A stretch of DNA of 64,000 nt from Spirochaetota bacterium (lineage in GTDB: Bacteria > Spirochaetota > UBA4802 > UBA5550), in NCBI GenBank assembly GCA_050298055.1, contig JBNKTL010000008.1:1-64000 (forward strand), written 5' to 3'. Each line of letters starts with the position of its first letter. The first letter of the stretch is position 1. A program made the translations under genes and the position numbers. Positions 20,989 through 30,710 of this stretch are shown here, one piece after another. The notes under the pieces are model-generated. The model saw only the letters and a program-made list of their open reading frames with translations. It did not search any database and was not told the DNA's origin.

Positions 20989-21242
20989 TCAGTTCAGGAA
21001 TTTTATTTGAGATGACATCCCAGATAATATCATAATCGATGGAAAAATATCCATGAATTAATCTGTCTCTTATGCCCGCAATTTTCCTCCACTCAATATC
21101 CGGATGATCATTTTTATATTCAACCGAAAGGTTCTTAACAGCTTCACCGATAATCTCAATGCTTCTGACAAAAGCTCTTTTTAATATATCATCTTTAAGA
21201 AACTCTTCTTTCGTGTTCCAGGTACTCTATATCAGATTTCAA
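20969..21242 (-). pseudogene. DUF86/HepT HEPN RNase toxin, frameshifted
   Basis: TTG start gives MKSDIEYLEH and then an early stop. Another frame encodes TKEEFLKDDILKRAFVRSIEIIGEAVK...WRKIAGIRDRLIHGYF...IPELKKELRV* with no start codon. Confidence 0.85.
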
Positions 21243-21534
21243 GGTACTCAACCTCGGGGAAAATGTTTGATTTCAGGTTGCTGCTGAGAGATTCAGGCGT
21301 GATTAAATCCACCTTATGATGAAGAATATCTTCAAGTAGGAACGAGAGATCCATAAAATTATCAAAGTTCTTTTTCTTTTTTGAAAATACAACGAGTATA
21401 TCTATATCACTGTTGTCATCGGCATCCCCCCTCGCATATGAGCCGAAAAGACCAAGTTTATCCACACCAAGTAATTTGATTTTTTGCTTATTATGCGCAA
21501 TTGAAGATTTTATTATCTCTTTATTCGATATCAT
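21232..21534 (-). CDS. MNT nucleotidyltransferase antitoxin (MntA-like)
   Basis: LFGSYARG...SDIDILV...KVDL. Confidence 0.9.
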   Translation of the reverse strand: MISNKEIIKSSIAHNKQKIKLLGVDKLGLFGSYARGDADDNSDIDILVVFSKKKKNFDNFMDLSFLLEDILHHKVDLITPESLSSNLKSNIFPEVEYLEI

Positions 21535-21616
21535 TGTTTTTAACGCAATTCCCGGAATGTTTGATGATAATAAATAACTGAGTAAATAATGGTGAGTTTG
21601 TCAAGTAAAAGTCTTT

Positions 21617-21916
21617 TTACAATTCAAACCCGTTTTTTTCAACATCTTCGGAAAAACCGGAAGGATCATGACCTTTGATAAAAAGATGCGGTTCAATCCT
21701 TACATCTACACGGTGCCTTGCCCGGTAGAGTTTTTTTAACAGTGAGAGATAATCTTCATGTAACGAATCAACAAATATGCCGATATCTATATCGCTTGTT
21801 TCATCGGCTTTTCCGCTGGCATATGATCCGAAGATAAACGCCTTCCTGTAACTGATTGTATTCTCAATTATTTTCAGGTATTCCCTTGCTTTCCTCACAG
21901 CTTCTGCTTTATCCAT
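21617..21916 (-). CDS. Minimal nucleotidyltransferase (MNT) domain protein
   Basis: IFGSYASG...SDIDIGIF...RIEPH. Confidence 0.88.
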   Translation of the reverse strand: MDKAEAVRKAREYLKIIENTISYRKAFIFGSYASGKADETSDIDIGIFVDSLHEDYLSLLKKLYRARHRVDVRIEPHLFIKGHDPSGFSEDVEKNGFEL

Positions 21917-22281
21917 AAATGCAAATCCCTTGTTTTATTTAAAATACTTTCAGAATATTTTTTGTCCATTTTACTTATTAAAGCGTCTTTATATGTGGGA
22001 TACCGGGCTTCAATATTAAGAGGTTCAAGCTCGTCAATAAAATCGGATAAATCGGATGATAATAATTCACTCAATCCAGTGTTCTTAAAAAGTAATGAGA
22101 GATTGTGTGTTTTAGGAGGCAGTTCATTTTTAATATGCTGCCAGTATCCTTTTATAATTTTTTCAATTACCTGATGGCACATGAAACCAACATAGAGGTA
22201 ACGCCCGGTTTCAAGCATGGATTTGGCCGTATCAAGATCATACTCTGATAAATCGACCCAGTATTTTGTTTTTTCATCCAT
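21895..22281 (-). CDS. HEPN domain protein
   Basis: W...SEYDLDTA, FMCHQVIEK, PKTHNL and IEARYP motifs; overlaps the MNT gene. Confidence 0.9.
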   Translation of the reverse strand: MDEKTKYWVDLSEYDLDTAKSMLETGRYLYVGFMCHQVIEKIIKGYWQHIKNELPPKTHNLSLLFKNTGLSELLSSDLSDFIDELEPLNIEARYPTYKDALISKMDKKYSESILNKTRDLHLWIKQKL

Positions 22282-22371
22282 GGGATAATTAATATATTTT
22301 CTCCGTTGAATGTCAAATGAAATATAACAATACCATTCCGCTTGTGGCGGGTTTGCGCCGTCAATCCTTCC

Positions 22372-23613
22372 TCAATTCTCAGGAGCCAACCTGCTGCTCA
22401 CTTTTGACCCGTCATACCCTTTCTTATTGCGTACACGGGAGACCAGCGGATCAATACCCGTGGAGATGATGGGGGCCTCCTCCGCGCTCTGCCACGGCCT
22501 TTCCGGCCACCAGCGGACAGGTTTTGGTGGTTTGACACTTTCAAAGATCTCCCCGGGCCGGGGGATAACAAGGCTGATCCCGTATTTTTTCGCCGCGGCC
22601 ATCGACCTTTCCGCCGGCTCTGTCCAGTTGTGCAGGGCCAGGTCGAAGGTTCCCCAGTGCACCGGCATCATCAGTTTCCCCCGGACCATGATGTGGGCCT
22701 CAACCGCCTGTTCCGGTCCAATATGTACATCGGGCCAGAGGGAGTTGTAGGCGCCGGCTTCTATAAGTGTCAGGTCAAAGGGCCCCAGGCGTTCGCCGAT
22801 AGCCGTGAACCCGGGAAACATTGCGGTGTCCCCGCTGTAGTAGACACGGTGTTTCGGGCTGGCAACGGACCATCCGCACCAGAGGGTATCGTTGGAGTAG
22901 AGAGTGGTCACGGAACGTCCGGAGAAGTGCCGCGCGGGGGTGGCGGTAATTGTGAGTTTCCCGGTTTTAACTTCACCCCACCAGTCCCGCTCAACAATTT
23001 TTTTCGGGTCCACACCCCACTTCTCAAGGTAAGCGCCCACACCCAGGGGTACGGCAAAGAGAGGGACGCGGTCTTTCAGGGCTTTAATAGTCTTTTCGTC
23101 AAGATGGTCGAAGTGGTTGTGGGATATGATCACCGCATCCAGTTTTGGAAGCTCCTTCAACGAAAGGGGAGGAGGGAAGAAACGTTTGGGGCCCGCAAAG
23201 GAAACAGGTGAGACCCTTTCACTCCACACCGGGTCGGTGAGCACCCTGTAACCGTCGATCTCCATGAGGACACCGGAGTGTCCCATCCAGGTGATACGAA
23301 GACCCCCTGAGGAGGGGATATCATACTCTTCACCCCTTCGCTTTTGTACCGGGAGCGGTTTTTTCGGTACCCTGTATTTTGCCTTGCTTCGGACCCAATT
23401 GCCAAGCATCTCCCATTTTGAACCAATATACGATTTCAGTCCGTTATGGAACTTTCCCTCCTTCCACTGGGGTGAGTTCTTTATCATTTCGTACCGGGGG
23501 CCTGATCTCTTCAGAGCTGTGGTATTGCATGAGAGCCCGATAACCAGCCCGGTAACAGCAACGAGTATTATTCCTGTTATCATCATTACTCTTCCTTTTG
23601 ATATTGTTTTCAT
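22372..23613 (-). CDS. MBL-fold metallohydrolase (RomA/NAPE-PLD-like), probable lipoprotein
   Basis: TWMGHS, SHNHFDHLD, PARHFSGR, SGDT and PVHWGTF motifs. Confidence 0.88.
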   Translation of the reverse strand: MKTISKGRVMMITGIILVAVTGLVIGLSCNTTALKRSGPRYEMIKNSPQWKEGKFHNGLKSYIGSKWEMLGNWVRSKAKYRVPKKPLPVQKRRGEEYDIPSSGGLRITWMGHSGVLMEIDGYRVLTDPVWSERVSPVSFAGPKRFFPPPLSLKELPKLDAVIISHNHFDHLDEKTIKALKDRVPLFAVPLGVGAYLEKWGVDPKKIVERDWWGEVKTGKLTITATPARHFSGRSVTTLYSNDTLWCGWSVASPKHRVYYSGDTAMFPGFTAIGERLGPFDLTLIEAGAYNSLWPDVHIGPEQAVEAHIMVRGKLMMPVHWGTFDLALHNWTEPAERSMAAAKKYGISLVIPRPGEIFESVKPPKPVRWWPERPWQSAEEAPIISTGIDPLVSRVRNKKGYDGSKVSSRLAPEN

Positions 23614-23650
23614 TTAATTCTCATTAAGTAACGACTTATGTTAAAAACAT

Positions 23651-24223
23651 TTATCTCTTCAACCCGTCCCAGCAGGACTCAGCCGCTAAGCGTTTGTGTT
23701 TATCACTAAATGCAAAACTGCCGGATAGTTGCAGCTTAGCACTACTTACCAGAGAACCGCTGATGAGCGACAGGAGAAGCTCCATCTCCATCTTCTTCAG
23801 GTGCTGGGATTTAATGCCTTCTTCAATAAATTCTATGAGCGGGGCATAGTACCGGATAGTTGCTTCCCGGGTCTCTTCAGTAATAAGTGGTGAGGTTGAA
23901 CACTGCTCCACAAAAGAGAGCTTTAATGGATTTGCGATGAGGTAATCAAAGTAGTTCATCCAGATCTGAAAAAACCTCTTTTTGTAGGAAGCGCTTTTCG
24001 TATAAGCGTGAAAAGCGACATCAAGGCTCTCTTTTTTCATTTCAATGTATAGTGTATTGATAATCTCCTCTTTACTGGAAAAGTAGTGGTAAATTGTTCC
24101 CACGGATACACCTGAACGGATACTCACCTGGGACATGGGTGTATTGTGGAGGCCATACTCCGCAATCAGTTCCATGGTCGCATCAAGGATGAGCTTTCTC
24201 TTCTCTTTGGATCGAACGTTCAT
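23651..24223 (-). CDS. TetR/AcrR family transcriptional regulator
   Basis: HTH GVSVGTIYHYFSSKEEI. Confidence 0.93.
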   Translation of the reverse strand: MNVRSKEKRKLILDATMELIAEYGLHNTPMSQVSIRSGVSVGTIYHYFSSKEEIINTLYIEMKKESLDVAFHAYTKSASYKKRFFQIWMNYFDYLIANPLKLSFVEQCSTSPLITEETREATIRYYAPLIEFIEEGIKSQHLKKMEMELLLSLISGSLVSSAKLQLSGSFAFSDKHKRLAAESCWDGLKR

Positions 24224-24229
24224 TCTATA

Positions 24230-24257
24230 AATGTATTAAATAATTTTAATTTGTCAA
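24230..24257 (-). promoter_or_regulatory. Putative promoter of a leaderless tetR transcript
   Basis: TTGACA-N16-TACATT ending 6 nt before the ATG; no Shine-Dalgarno sequence. Confidence 0.55.
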
Positions 24258-24284
24258 CAGGGAAAGTAAAAAAAAGCAGGTTCT

Positions 24285-24773
24285 TTAATCGGTTTGATTG
24301 ATATTTTTGTATGAATTGGTAAACTCTTCCAAGGTGTTTTGGTCTGTTTTCCCTAATATTGATGTAAAATGATGGATTCCCTTTATCTTTTTATATATAT
24401 AAACAAAATCTCGATCATAGTTATCCTCAGTATTTTGATTATTCCCACCACTGAGTTCTTCTTTGATTTCATCAAGATAATTAATAATAGCAAAAGCTAT
24501 CAACCACGAAACAGAGTACTTAAAGTTCCTTCTTAAATCCAAATCCTTCTCATAGAATACAGGTTCAAGAGTAATATGCTCTATCTTCCAGATAATATCT
24601 GGATCACTCTCCTGGTAACTGACAGCTTTATACATTTTCGGTTTTAAACTGCTTTTATTGATAATTTTCATAAGAAGCAGAGTAATTAATTTATTCTGTG
24701 AAACTTCCATGGCCTGTGCTACATTTTTCAGTCTTTTCAACAAAAGTGTATTGATGTAAATTGTGGTCCTCAT
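24285..24773 (-). CDS. Hypothetical protein with RHH-like N-terminus (possibly spirochaete DUF1564-like)
   Basis: MRTTIYIN..LLKRL..VA; SD AGGAG; family call tentative. Confidence 0.5.
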   Translation of the reverse strand: MRTTIYINTLLLKRLKNVAQAMEVSQNKLITLLLMKIINKSSLKPKMYKAVSYQESDPDIIWKIEHITLEPVFYEKDLDLRRNFKYSVSWLIAFAIINYLDEIKEELSGGNNQNTEDNYDRDFVYIYKKIKGIHHFTSILGKTDQNTLEEFTNSYKNINQTD

Positions 24774-25073
24774 TTTCTTACTCCTCCTGAGAATTAATTC
24801 CTGATAATATGATAATAGACATGGTTTTTATTAATACGATTGAGGTCCGGGAAAAATAAAAATTTTTTTCGGAAGAGTAAGAAAAGTTCCGTTAAGAAAT
24901 AAAAACAATTTCTTGAAATTCAAAAAAGAATTGTATAACTCTGCTGATACAGGTATAGTCAATTGATGGATTTTCATTAAGCAAATTTTCATCACTTCAC
25001 TCTTTTGCTTGACATCTTAATATCCATCAGTTATTGAAATTTGTATGAAAACTTGACAATGGGGATAACTATC

Positions 25074-26276
25074 ATGGCAGATGCTTATATCTTTGATGCC
25101 GTACGAACACCCAGGGGCAAGGGGAAAAAAGACGGTTCCCTTTATACCACAAAGCCCGTAGACCTTCTTGTTACACTTCTCAGGGCACTGCAGGAGAGAA
25201 ACAGTCTTCATACCGCGCAGGTTGATGATGTGATAACCGGCTGTGTCACCCAGATTGGGGAGCAGGGAGCAAATCCCGCGCGGATAGCCGCACTCTATGC
25301 GGGCTGGGACGTGACAGTACCGGGGGTGACCCTTAATCGCTGGTGTGCCTCGGGGCTTGAAGCAATAAACCTCGCGGCCATGAAGGTGATGTCCGGTATG
25401 GATGATCTTATTGTTGCCGGTGGAGTGGAATCCATGTCCCGGGTGCCCATGGCCTCCGACGGCGGGGCCTGGTTTAACGATCCCGCGGTGAATGACGCCC
25501 TTTCGTTTATACCCCAGGGGGTCTCCGCGGACCTCATCGCGTCCATGGAGGGGTTTTCCCGGGAAGACCTTGACGGCTTCGCGATCACGTCTCATAAGAA
25601 GGCCGCCCAGGCCCGGAAGGCGGGGAGGTTCAAATCCCTTATACCGGTGAAGGACCTCAACGGAGTCATGCTCCTCGACCATGATGAGACAATACGGGAG
25701 AACACCACTCTTGAGATCCTTGCCGGGCTCAAACCCTCATTTAAAATGCCGGGGGAGATGGGTTTTGATACAACGGCCCTCAGGCAGTATCCCCACGTTG
25801 AAAAAATAAACCATCTCCACCACGCGGGAAATTCATCGGGTATTGTTGACGGGGCGGCCCTTACCCTTGTGGGCAGCCGGGAAAAGGGGAAGGAGCTGGG
25901 GCTCAGGCCCCGGGGAAAGATCAGGGGGCTTGCGGTTGTGGGCACGGAACCCACCATCATGCTTACGGGGCCCATACCCTCCACTCTGAAGGCCCTGGAG
26001 AAAGCCGGCATGAAAATATCAGACATCGACCTCTTTGAAATTAACGAGGCCTTTGCCTCGGTTGTCCTGAAAGCGGTGAAAGAGCTGGATATCGATCCCG
26101 GGAAGGTCAATGTCAACGGCGGGGCCATCGCCATGGGGCACCCCCTGGGAGCAACGGGGGCCGTGCTCGTAAGCACCCTCCTGGATGAGATGGAAGAGCA
26201 GGATAAAGGCCTCGGTCTCTGTACCCTCTGTGTGGGCGGGGGGATGGGGATAGCCACTGTGATAGAACGGGTTTAA
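25074..26276 (+). CDS. fadA: Acetyl-CoA C-acyltransferase (thiolase)
   Basis: NRWCASG, NEAFA, GHPLGATG and CVGGGMG motifs. Confidence 0.95.
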   Translation: MADAYIFDAVRTPRGKGKKDGSLYTTKPVDLLVTLLRALQERNSLHTAQVDDVITGCVTQIGEQGANPARIAALYAGWDVTVPGVTLNRWCASGLEAINLAAMKVMSGMDDLIVAGGVESMSRVPMASDGGAWFNDPAVNDALSFIPQGVSADLIASMEGFSREDLDGFAITSHKKAAQARKAGRFKSLIPVKDLNGVMLLDHDETIRENTTLEILAGLKPSFKMPGEMGFDTTALRQYPHVEKINHLHHAGNSSGIVDGAALTLVGSREKGKELGLRPRGKIRGLAVVGTEPTIMLTGPIPSTLKALEKAGMKISDIDLFEINEAFASVVLKAVKELDIDPGKVNVNGGAIAMGHPLGATGAVLVSTLLDEMEEQDKGLGLCTLCVGGGMGIATVIERV

Positions 26277-26289
26277 TGAGGAGGCGGAT

Positions 26290-28425
26290 ATGAGTACGGG
26301 ATATGAAAAGGACAAACAGAACATCGTTACCATTACTCTTGATAAGCCGGACAGCAGTGTCAACCTTATCGATAACGAGTTTACAAAGTTGTTTGCGGAA
26401 AACCTTGCGAAGCTGGAATCTGAAAAGGAACTGGCCGGCGTTATCATAACATCGGCAAAGGAGAACAACTTCATGGCGGGGGCCGATATTGACGGCCTCT
26501 ACGCCATAACAGACGCCGAGATAGCCGCGCAGATGACCGACTACCTCAAAGGCCTGTTCCGAAAGCTTGAGACACTGGGAAAACCGGTTGTTGCCGCAAT
26601 CAACGGTACGGTCCTGGGAGGGGGATACGAACTTGCCCTCTCATGCCATCACAGGATCGCCATGAACAACCCGAAGGCCCGGATAGGACTTCCCGAGGTC
26701 ACCATCGGTGTTCTTCCCGGGGGAGGGGGAACGCAGAGGCTCCCCCGGATCATCGGGATACAGAACGCCCTGCAGTTCATCACCGAGGGACGTCTCGTAA
26801 GCCCGGAGAAGGCCCTGGAGAGCGGACTTGTTGACGCACTGGCAGGGGACAGAAAGGAGATGCTCTCCCTGGCAAAGAAATGGATTGAGGAGAACCCGGA
26901 ATCAAAGCAGCCCTGGGACAGGGAGGGGTTCAACTGGCCGGGGGGGAACCCCACAAGTCCCGGGATCGTGCAGATGTGGGCCATCATCCCCTCCATTGCC
27001 AATACAAAGACCCGGGGGAACTATCCCGCGGTAAAGAACATCCTGTCGTGTGTCTATGAAGGAGGGCTGGTGGATTTCGATACGGCATGCAGGATCGAGT
27101 CAAAGTACTTTGCCAGCCTCGCGGTGGGGAAAACCGCCAAGAATATGATGGGAACCTTCTGGTACCAGCTGAACAGTATAAAGAAGGGAGAGAGCAGGCC
27201 GGAGGGTTTTGACAGGTATACAACCAAGAAGCTGGGTGTCCTGGGCGCGGGAATGATGGGATCGGGAATTGCCTATGTCTCCGCGAATTCCGGGATTGAT
27301 GTTGTTCTCAAGGATGTAAGTGTTGAAGCGGCGGAGAAGGGGAAGGGATATTCAACCGCTCTTCTCGACAAGGGAATAAAGCGGGGCAGGGTCACAGAAG
27401 AGAAAAAGAAGGAGGTCCTGGACAGGATAAAGGCCACGGAGAGTGCGGAGGACCTTAAGGGGTGCGACCTTGTCATTGAGGCGGTCTTTGAAGAGAGGGA
27501 GCTTAAAAGCAGGGTGACCGCGGAAGCTGAAGCAGTCATGCTTAAGGAGGGGGTCTTTGCGTCAAATACGTCAACTCTCCCCATAACCGGGCTGGCGGAA
27601 AAGTCCCGCAGGCCCGAAAAGTTTATCGGGCTCCACTTCTTTTCACCGGTGGACAGAATGCAGCTTGTGGAGATCATTGTAGGCGAAAAGACCGGTGAGG
27701 AGACACTGTCACGGGCCTTCGACTATGTTCTCCAGATAAAGAAGATCCCTATTGTGGTTAATGACAGCAGGGGGTTCTACACCTCCCGGGTCTTCAGTAC
27801 CTACACCAGGGAGGGGATGGCCCTTCTGGCGGAGGGTCAGAGCCCCGCATCCATTGAAGCGGCGGGACTGAAAGGCGGCATGGCCGTAGGCCCCCTTACT
27901 GTGTCCGACGAGATAAGCCTTTCACTTATATGGCATATTCTCGAACAGACAAGGAAGGACCTGGAGTCTGAAGGTATTACCATTCCGGTCCATCCCGGTA
28001 CGGAGGTGGTGAACAGGATGGTCAATGAAAAAGGCCGTACCGGAAAGAAGGAGAAGAAGGGATTCTATGAATATCCGGAAGAGGGGAAAAAGTACCTCTG
28101 GCCCGGCCTTAAGGATATGTTTCCTCTCCGGGAGGAGCAGTACAGCCAGGAGGAGATCATTGACCGGATACTCTTTGCCCAGGTCATTGAGACCATCCGC
28201 TGTTACCAGGAGAAGGTCCTCACCTCTGTGGCCGCCGCGAATATCGGAAGCATCTTCGGCTGGGGATTTCCTCCCTTCAAGGGGGGGACCCTGCAGTTTG
28301 TTAATGATTACGGGGTTCCTGAATTTCTCGCCCGGTCACGGGAATTAGCGGAAAAATATGGAGAGCGATTCGAGCCGCCTGAACTCCTTGTGGAGATGGC
28401 GGAGAAAAACCGGAGATTTGAGTAA
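26290..28425 (+). CDS. fadB: Fatty acid oxidation multifunctional enzyme (enoyl-CoA hydratase/3-hydroxyacyl-CoA dehydrogenase)
   Basis: GGGYE and PEVTIG crotonase motifs; GAGMMG, SNTSTLPI and HFFSPV dehydrogenase motifs. Confidence 0.95.
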   Translation: MSTGYEKDKQNIVTITLDKPDSSVNLIDNEFTKLFAENLAKLESEKELAGVIITSAKENNFMAGADIDGLYAITDAEIAAQMTDYLKGLFRKLETLGKPVVAAINGTVLGGGYELALSCHHRIAMNNPKARIGLPEVTIGVLPGGGGTQRLPRIIGIQNALQFITEGRLVSPEKALESGLVDALAGDRKEMLSLAKKWIEENPESKQPWDREGFNWPGGNPTSPGIVQMWAIIPSIANTKTRGNYPAVKNILSCVYEGGLVDFDTACRIESKYFASLAVGKTAKNMMGTFWYQLNSIKKGESRPEGFDRYTTKKLGVLGAGMMGSGIAYVSANSGIDVVLKDVSVEAAEKGKGYSTALLDKGIKRGRVTEEKKKEVLDRIKATESAEDLKGCDLVIEAVFEERELKSRVTAEAEAVMLKEGVFASNTSTLPITGLAEKSRRPEKFIGLHFFSPVDRMQLVEIIVGEKTGEETLSRAFDYVLQIKKIPIVVNDSRGFYTSRVFSTYTREGMALLAEGQSPASIEAAGLKGGMAVGPLTVSDEISLSLIWHILEQTRKDLESEGITIPVHPGTEVVNRMVNEKGRTGKKEKKGFYEYPEEGKKYLWPGLKDMFPLREEQYSQEEIIDRILFAQVIETIRCYQEKVLTSVAAANIGSIFGWGFPPFKGGTLQFVNDYGVPEFLARSRELAEKYGERFEPPELLVEMAEKNRRFE

Positions 28426-28436
28426 TCCGGAACCAC

Positions 28437-29207
28437 CTATTTACCGGCAATAAAAAAGAGCCTCTTGAAGGGGAAAAGCACCTTCCCGTTTTTTTGCCGG
28501 GGATAATGTTTATTAATGCTTTTAAAAACGAGACTTTCAAAATCACTTTTTTCTTCTTCACTCCCGAGTCCTTCAAGATAGGGCTTCAGCCCGGTACTTC
28601 TTATCATTTCCAGAATTGAATTGTGCGAGTCCATTGCATGTATGTAACTTGTTTCCCATATCTCAATGGAATTGAATATTCCGGACAGTCTATCATAGTA
28701 CCAGGGACTGTTGTGAATTGTAAACAGGGTCGTTGCGTCTTTTGTTAATGAATTCCATCTTTTGTTCCGGGCGATCTCTTCGATGCTTTTCCCCAGGGGC
28801 ATATCCCGGGACAGAGGGACCTGGACTGCAAGCAGGCCGTTGTTATTTAACAGGCTGTGAAATTTCCTCAACAGTTTTTCATGACCGGGTATCCATTGAA
28901 TGGCAGCATTTGAAAAAACAATGTCATACTTTTCTTCTATCACATCTTTACCCGCGTCCCTGAGCTTCCAGTTTCCGTCAGGGAAATCCGTGGCGGCCTT
29001 CTTAATCATTGCCGGTGAACTGTCTATTCCGGTAACTGATGCATCGGGCCATCTCCGGGCAAGCATCTGCGTACTGTTCCCGGGACCGCAGCCTATATCG
29101 ATTATTTTTTCCGGTTTTTCATAATTTATCCGGGATATTAAATCTCTTGAAGGCTGAATTCTCTCCCTGTTAAACTTTAAATAGAGATCCGGATTCCAGT
29201 CTTTCAT
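28437..29207 (-). CDS. tam: Trans-aconitate 2-methyltransferase-like SAM methyltransferase
   Basis: Start at MKDWNPDLYLKF (TAATG overlap with the upstream gene); DIGCGPGNST, SNAAIQW, FPFKRLFFIA. Confidence 0.85.
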   Translation of the reverse strand: MKDWNPDLYLKFNRERIQPSRDLISRINYEKPEKIIDIGCGPGNSTQMLARRWPDASVTGIDSSPAMIKKAATDFPDGNWKLRDAGKDVIEEKYDIVFSNAAIQWIPGHEKLLRKFHSLLNNNGLLAVQVPLSRDMPLGKSIEEIARNKRWNSLTKDATTLFTIHNSPWYYDRLSGIFNSIEIWETSYIHAMDSHNSILEMIRSTGLKPYLEGLGSEEEKSDFESLVFKSINKHYPRQKNGKVLFPFKRLFFIAGK

Positions 29208-30355
29208 TACAGCCCCATGCTCCGGGATATGATCATTTTCATGACCTCGGAGGTCCCCGCGTATATGGTCTGTATCCGTGCGTCCGCATAGAACCGGGAT
29301 ATGGGATACTCCCTGCTGTATCCGTATCCCCCGAAAAACTGAAGACACCTGTCCGCTACCCTCTGCGCCATCTCGCATACCCAGAGTTTTGCCATGCATG
29401 TTTCCCGGGCCACCTGGTTCCCTGCAGTATGATTGTTGATAAGGTCATCTATAAAGCTTCTTCCCACTGCGATCTCAGCAGCAAGGTCGGCCAGGACAAA
29501 CTGTGTGTTCTGGAATTTTGATATGGGCCTTCCAAACTGTTCTCTTTCTTTGACATAGTCTATGGTCATTTCGAGACATCTTTCCGCCGCAGCCTGTGAT
29601 CCCAGGGCGCAGACCAGTCTTTCCTGCTGGAGTTTTTCCATGAGATAGGTAAAGCCCATCCCCTCTTCTCCCAGCAGGTTGTCAGCGGGGATCCTGCAGT
29701 CATCGAAGAAGAGTTCCGCGGTGTCCTGGGCAAGGAGACCTATTTTTTTTATGGGTTTTCCCCTTGTGAAACCGGGAGTGTCCCTTTCCACCACAAAAAG
29801 GCTTACCGACTGGTGCGGCGGTGTGTCCCTGTCACCGGTCTTTGCGGCAACGATAATGATATCCGAAGATATTCCGTTGGAGATAAATGTTTTTTGTCCA
29901 TTGAGCACCCAGGAGTCCCCCACCTTTACCGCTTTTGTCTTCAGGGAAGCAAGGTCTGACCCGGCTTCAGGCTCTGTCATGGCTATGGCAAGGACCGCGT
30001 CCCCCGAGGCGCACCGGGGGAGCCACCGCGTCTTCTGTTTTTCTGTTCCGTAAGAATTTATATAGGGAGCCACTATATCGCTGTGGAGTCCCATAAAAAG
30101 ACTTCCGTATCCGGCTCGTGAAATTTCTTCAATAATGATTACCGAATAAAGAAAATCCGCTCCGGGCCCCCCGTATTTCTCATCAAGCCAGGGGAGAAGA
30201 AAGCCGTTCTCCCCGAACTTTTTCCAGAGCTCCCGGGGAATAATGCCGTTCTCTTCCCACTGTTCATAGTTGTCCGCAACATGTTTATGGATGAATCTTC
30301 TTATGGTTTCACGGAAGATCCGGTGCTCTTCCTGGAATTTAACTGCTCTTTCCAT
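29207..30355 (-). CDS. Acyl-CoA dehydrogenase
   Basis: AMTEPEAGSD, GQKTFISNG, REQFG, GGYGY and IYAGTSE motifs. Confidence 0.95.
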   Translation of the reverse strand: MERAVKFQEEHRIFRETIRRFIHKHVADNYEQWEENGIIPRELWKKFGENGFLLPWLDEKYGGPGADFLYSVIIIEEISRAGYGSLFMGLHSDIVAPYINSYGTEKQKTRWLPRCASGDAVLAIAMTEPEAGSDLASLKTKAVKVGDSWVLNGQKTFISNGISSDIIIVAAKTGDRDTPPHQSVSLFVVERDTPGFTRGKPIKKIGLLAQDTAELFFDDCRIPADNLLGEEGMGFTYLMEKLQQERLVCALGSQAAAERCLEMTIDYVKEREQFGRPISKFQNTQFVLADLAAEIAVGRSFIDDLINNHTAGNQVARETCMAKLWVCEMAQRVADRCLQFFGGYGYSREYPISRFYADARIQTIYAGTSEVMKMIISRSMGL

Positions 30356-30710
30356 AAACAATCTCCCTTTCAATTAAAGAAATGATAGCAGACCGGCTTA
30401 ACTGCCAGTGCTGAGCCCGCGTGATTTTGCACTAACCTGTTTCTGTAACCCTGGTTCATTCAGTAGTTACATTTTGTAATTAGTTAAAAAACACGCAGTC
30501 GAAGTACCGGTGAATTATCCCCCCGGGACAGGATGTTATAAGGTTTGGATGCTTATATCATGTGTGTCAAGTTATATTAATGCTGAGCATTGATAAGAAT
30601 TAAAGATATGAGCCGATGGGTTTAAACAGCAAAAAGAATCGGTTGACTTCTGGTTTTTATCTGTTAAAAGGTGAGACAGGATAATATATACAGAATCGGG
30701 GAATAATAAT

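Noticed and set aside
29208..29399. N-terminal extension of the tam ORF (likewise the extensions at 33685, 33932 and 47167)
   Set aside because: They overlap a neighbouring gene, a repeat or leader DNA; downstream starts match the family N-termini
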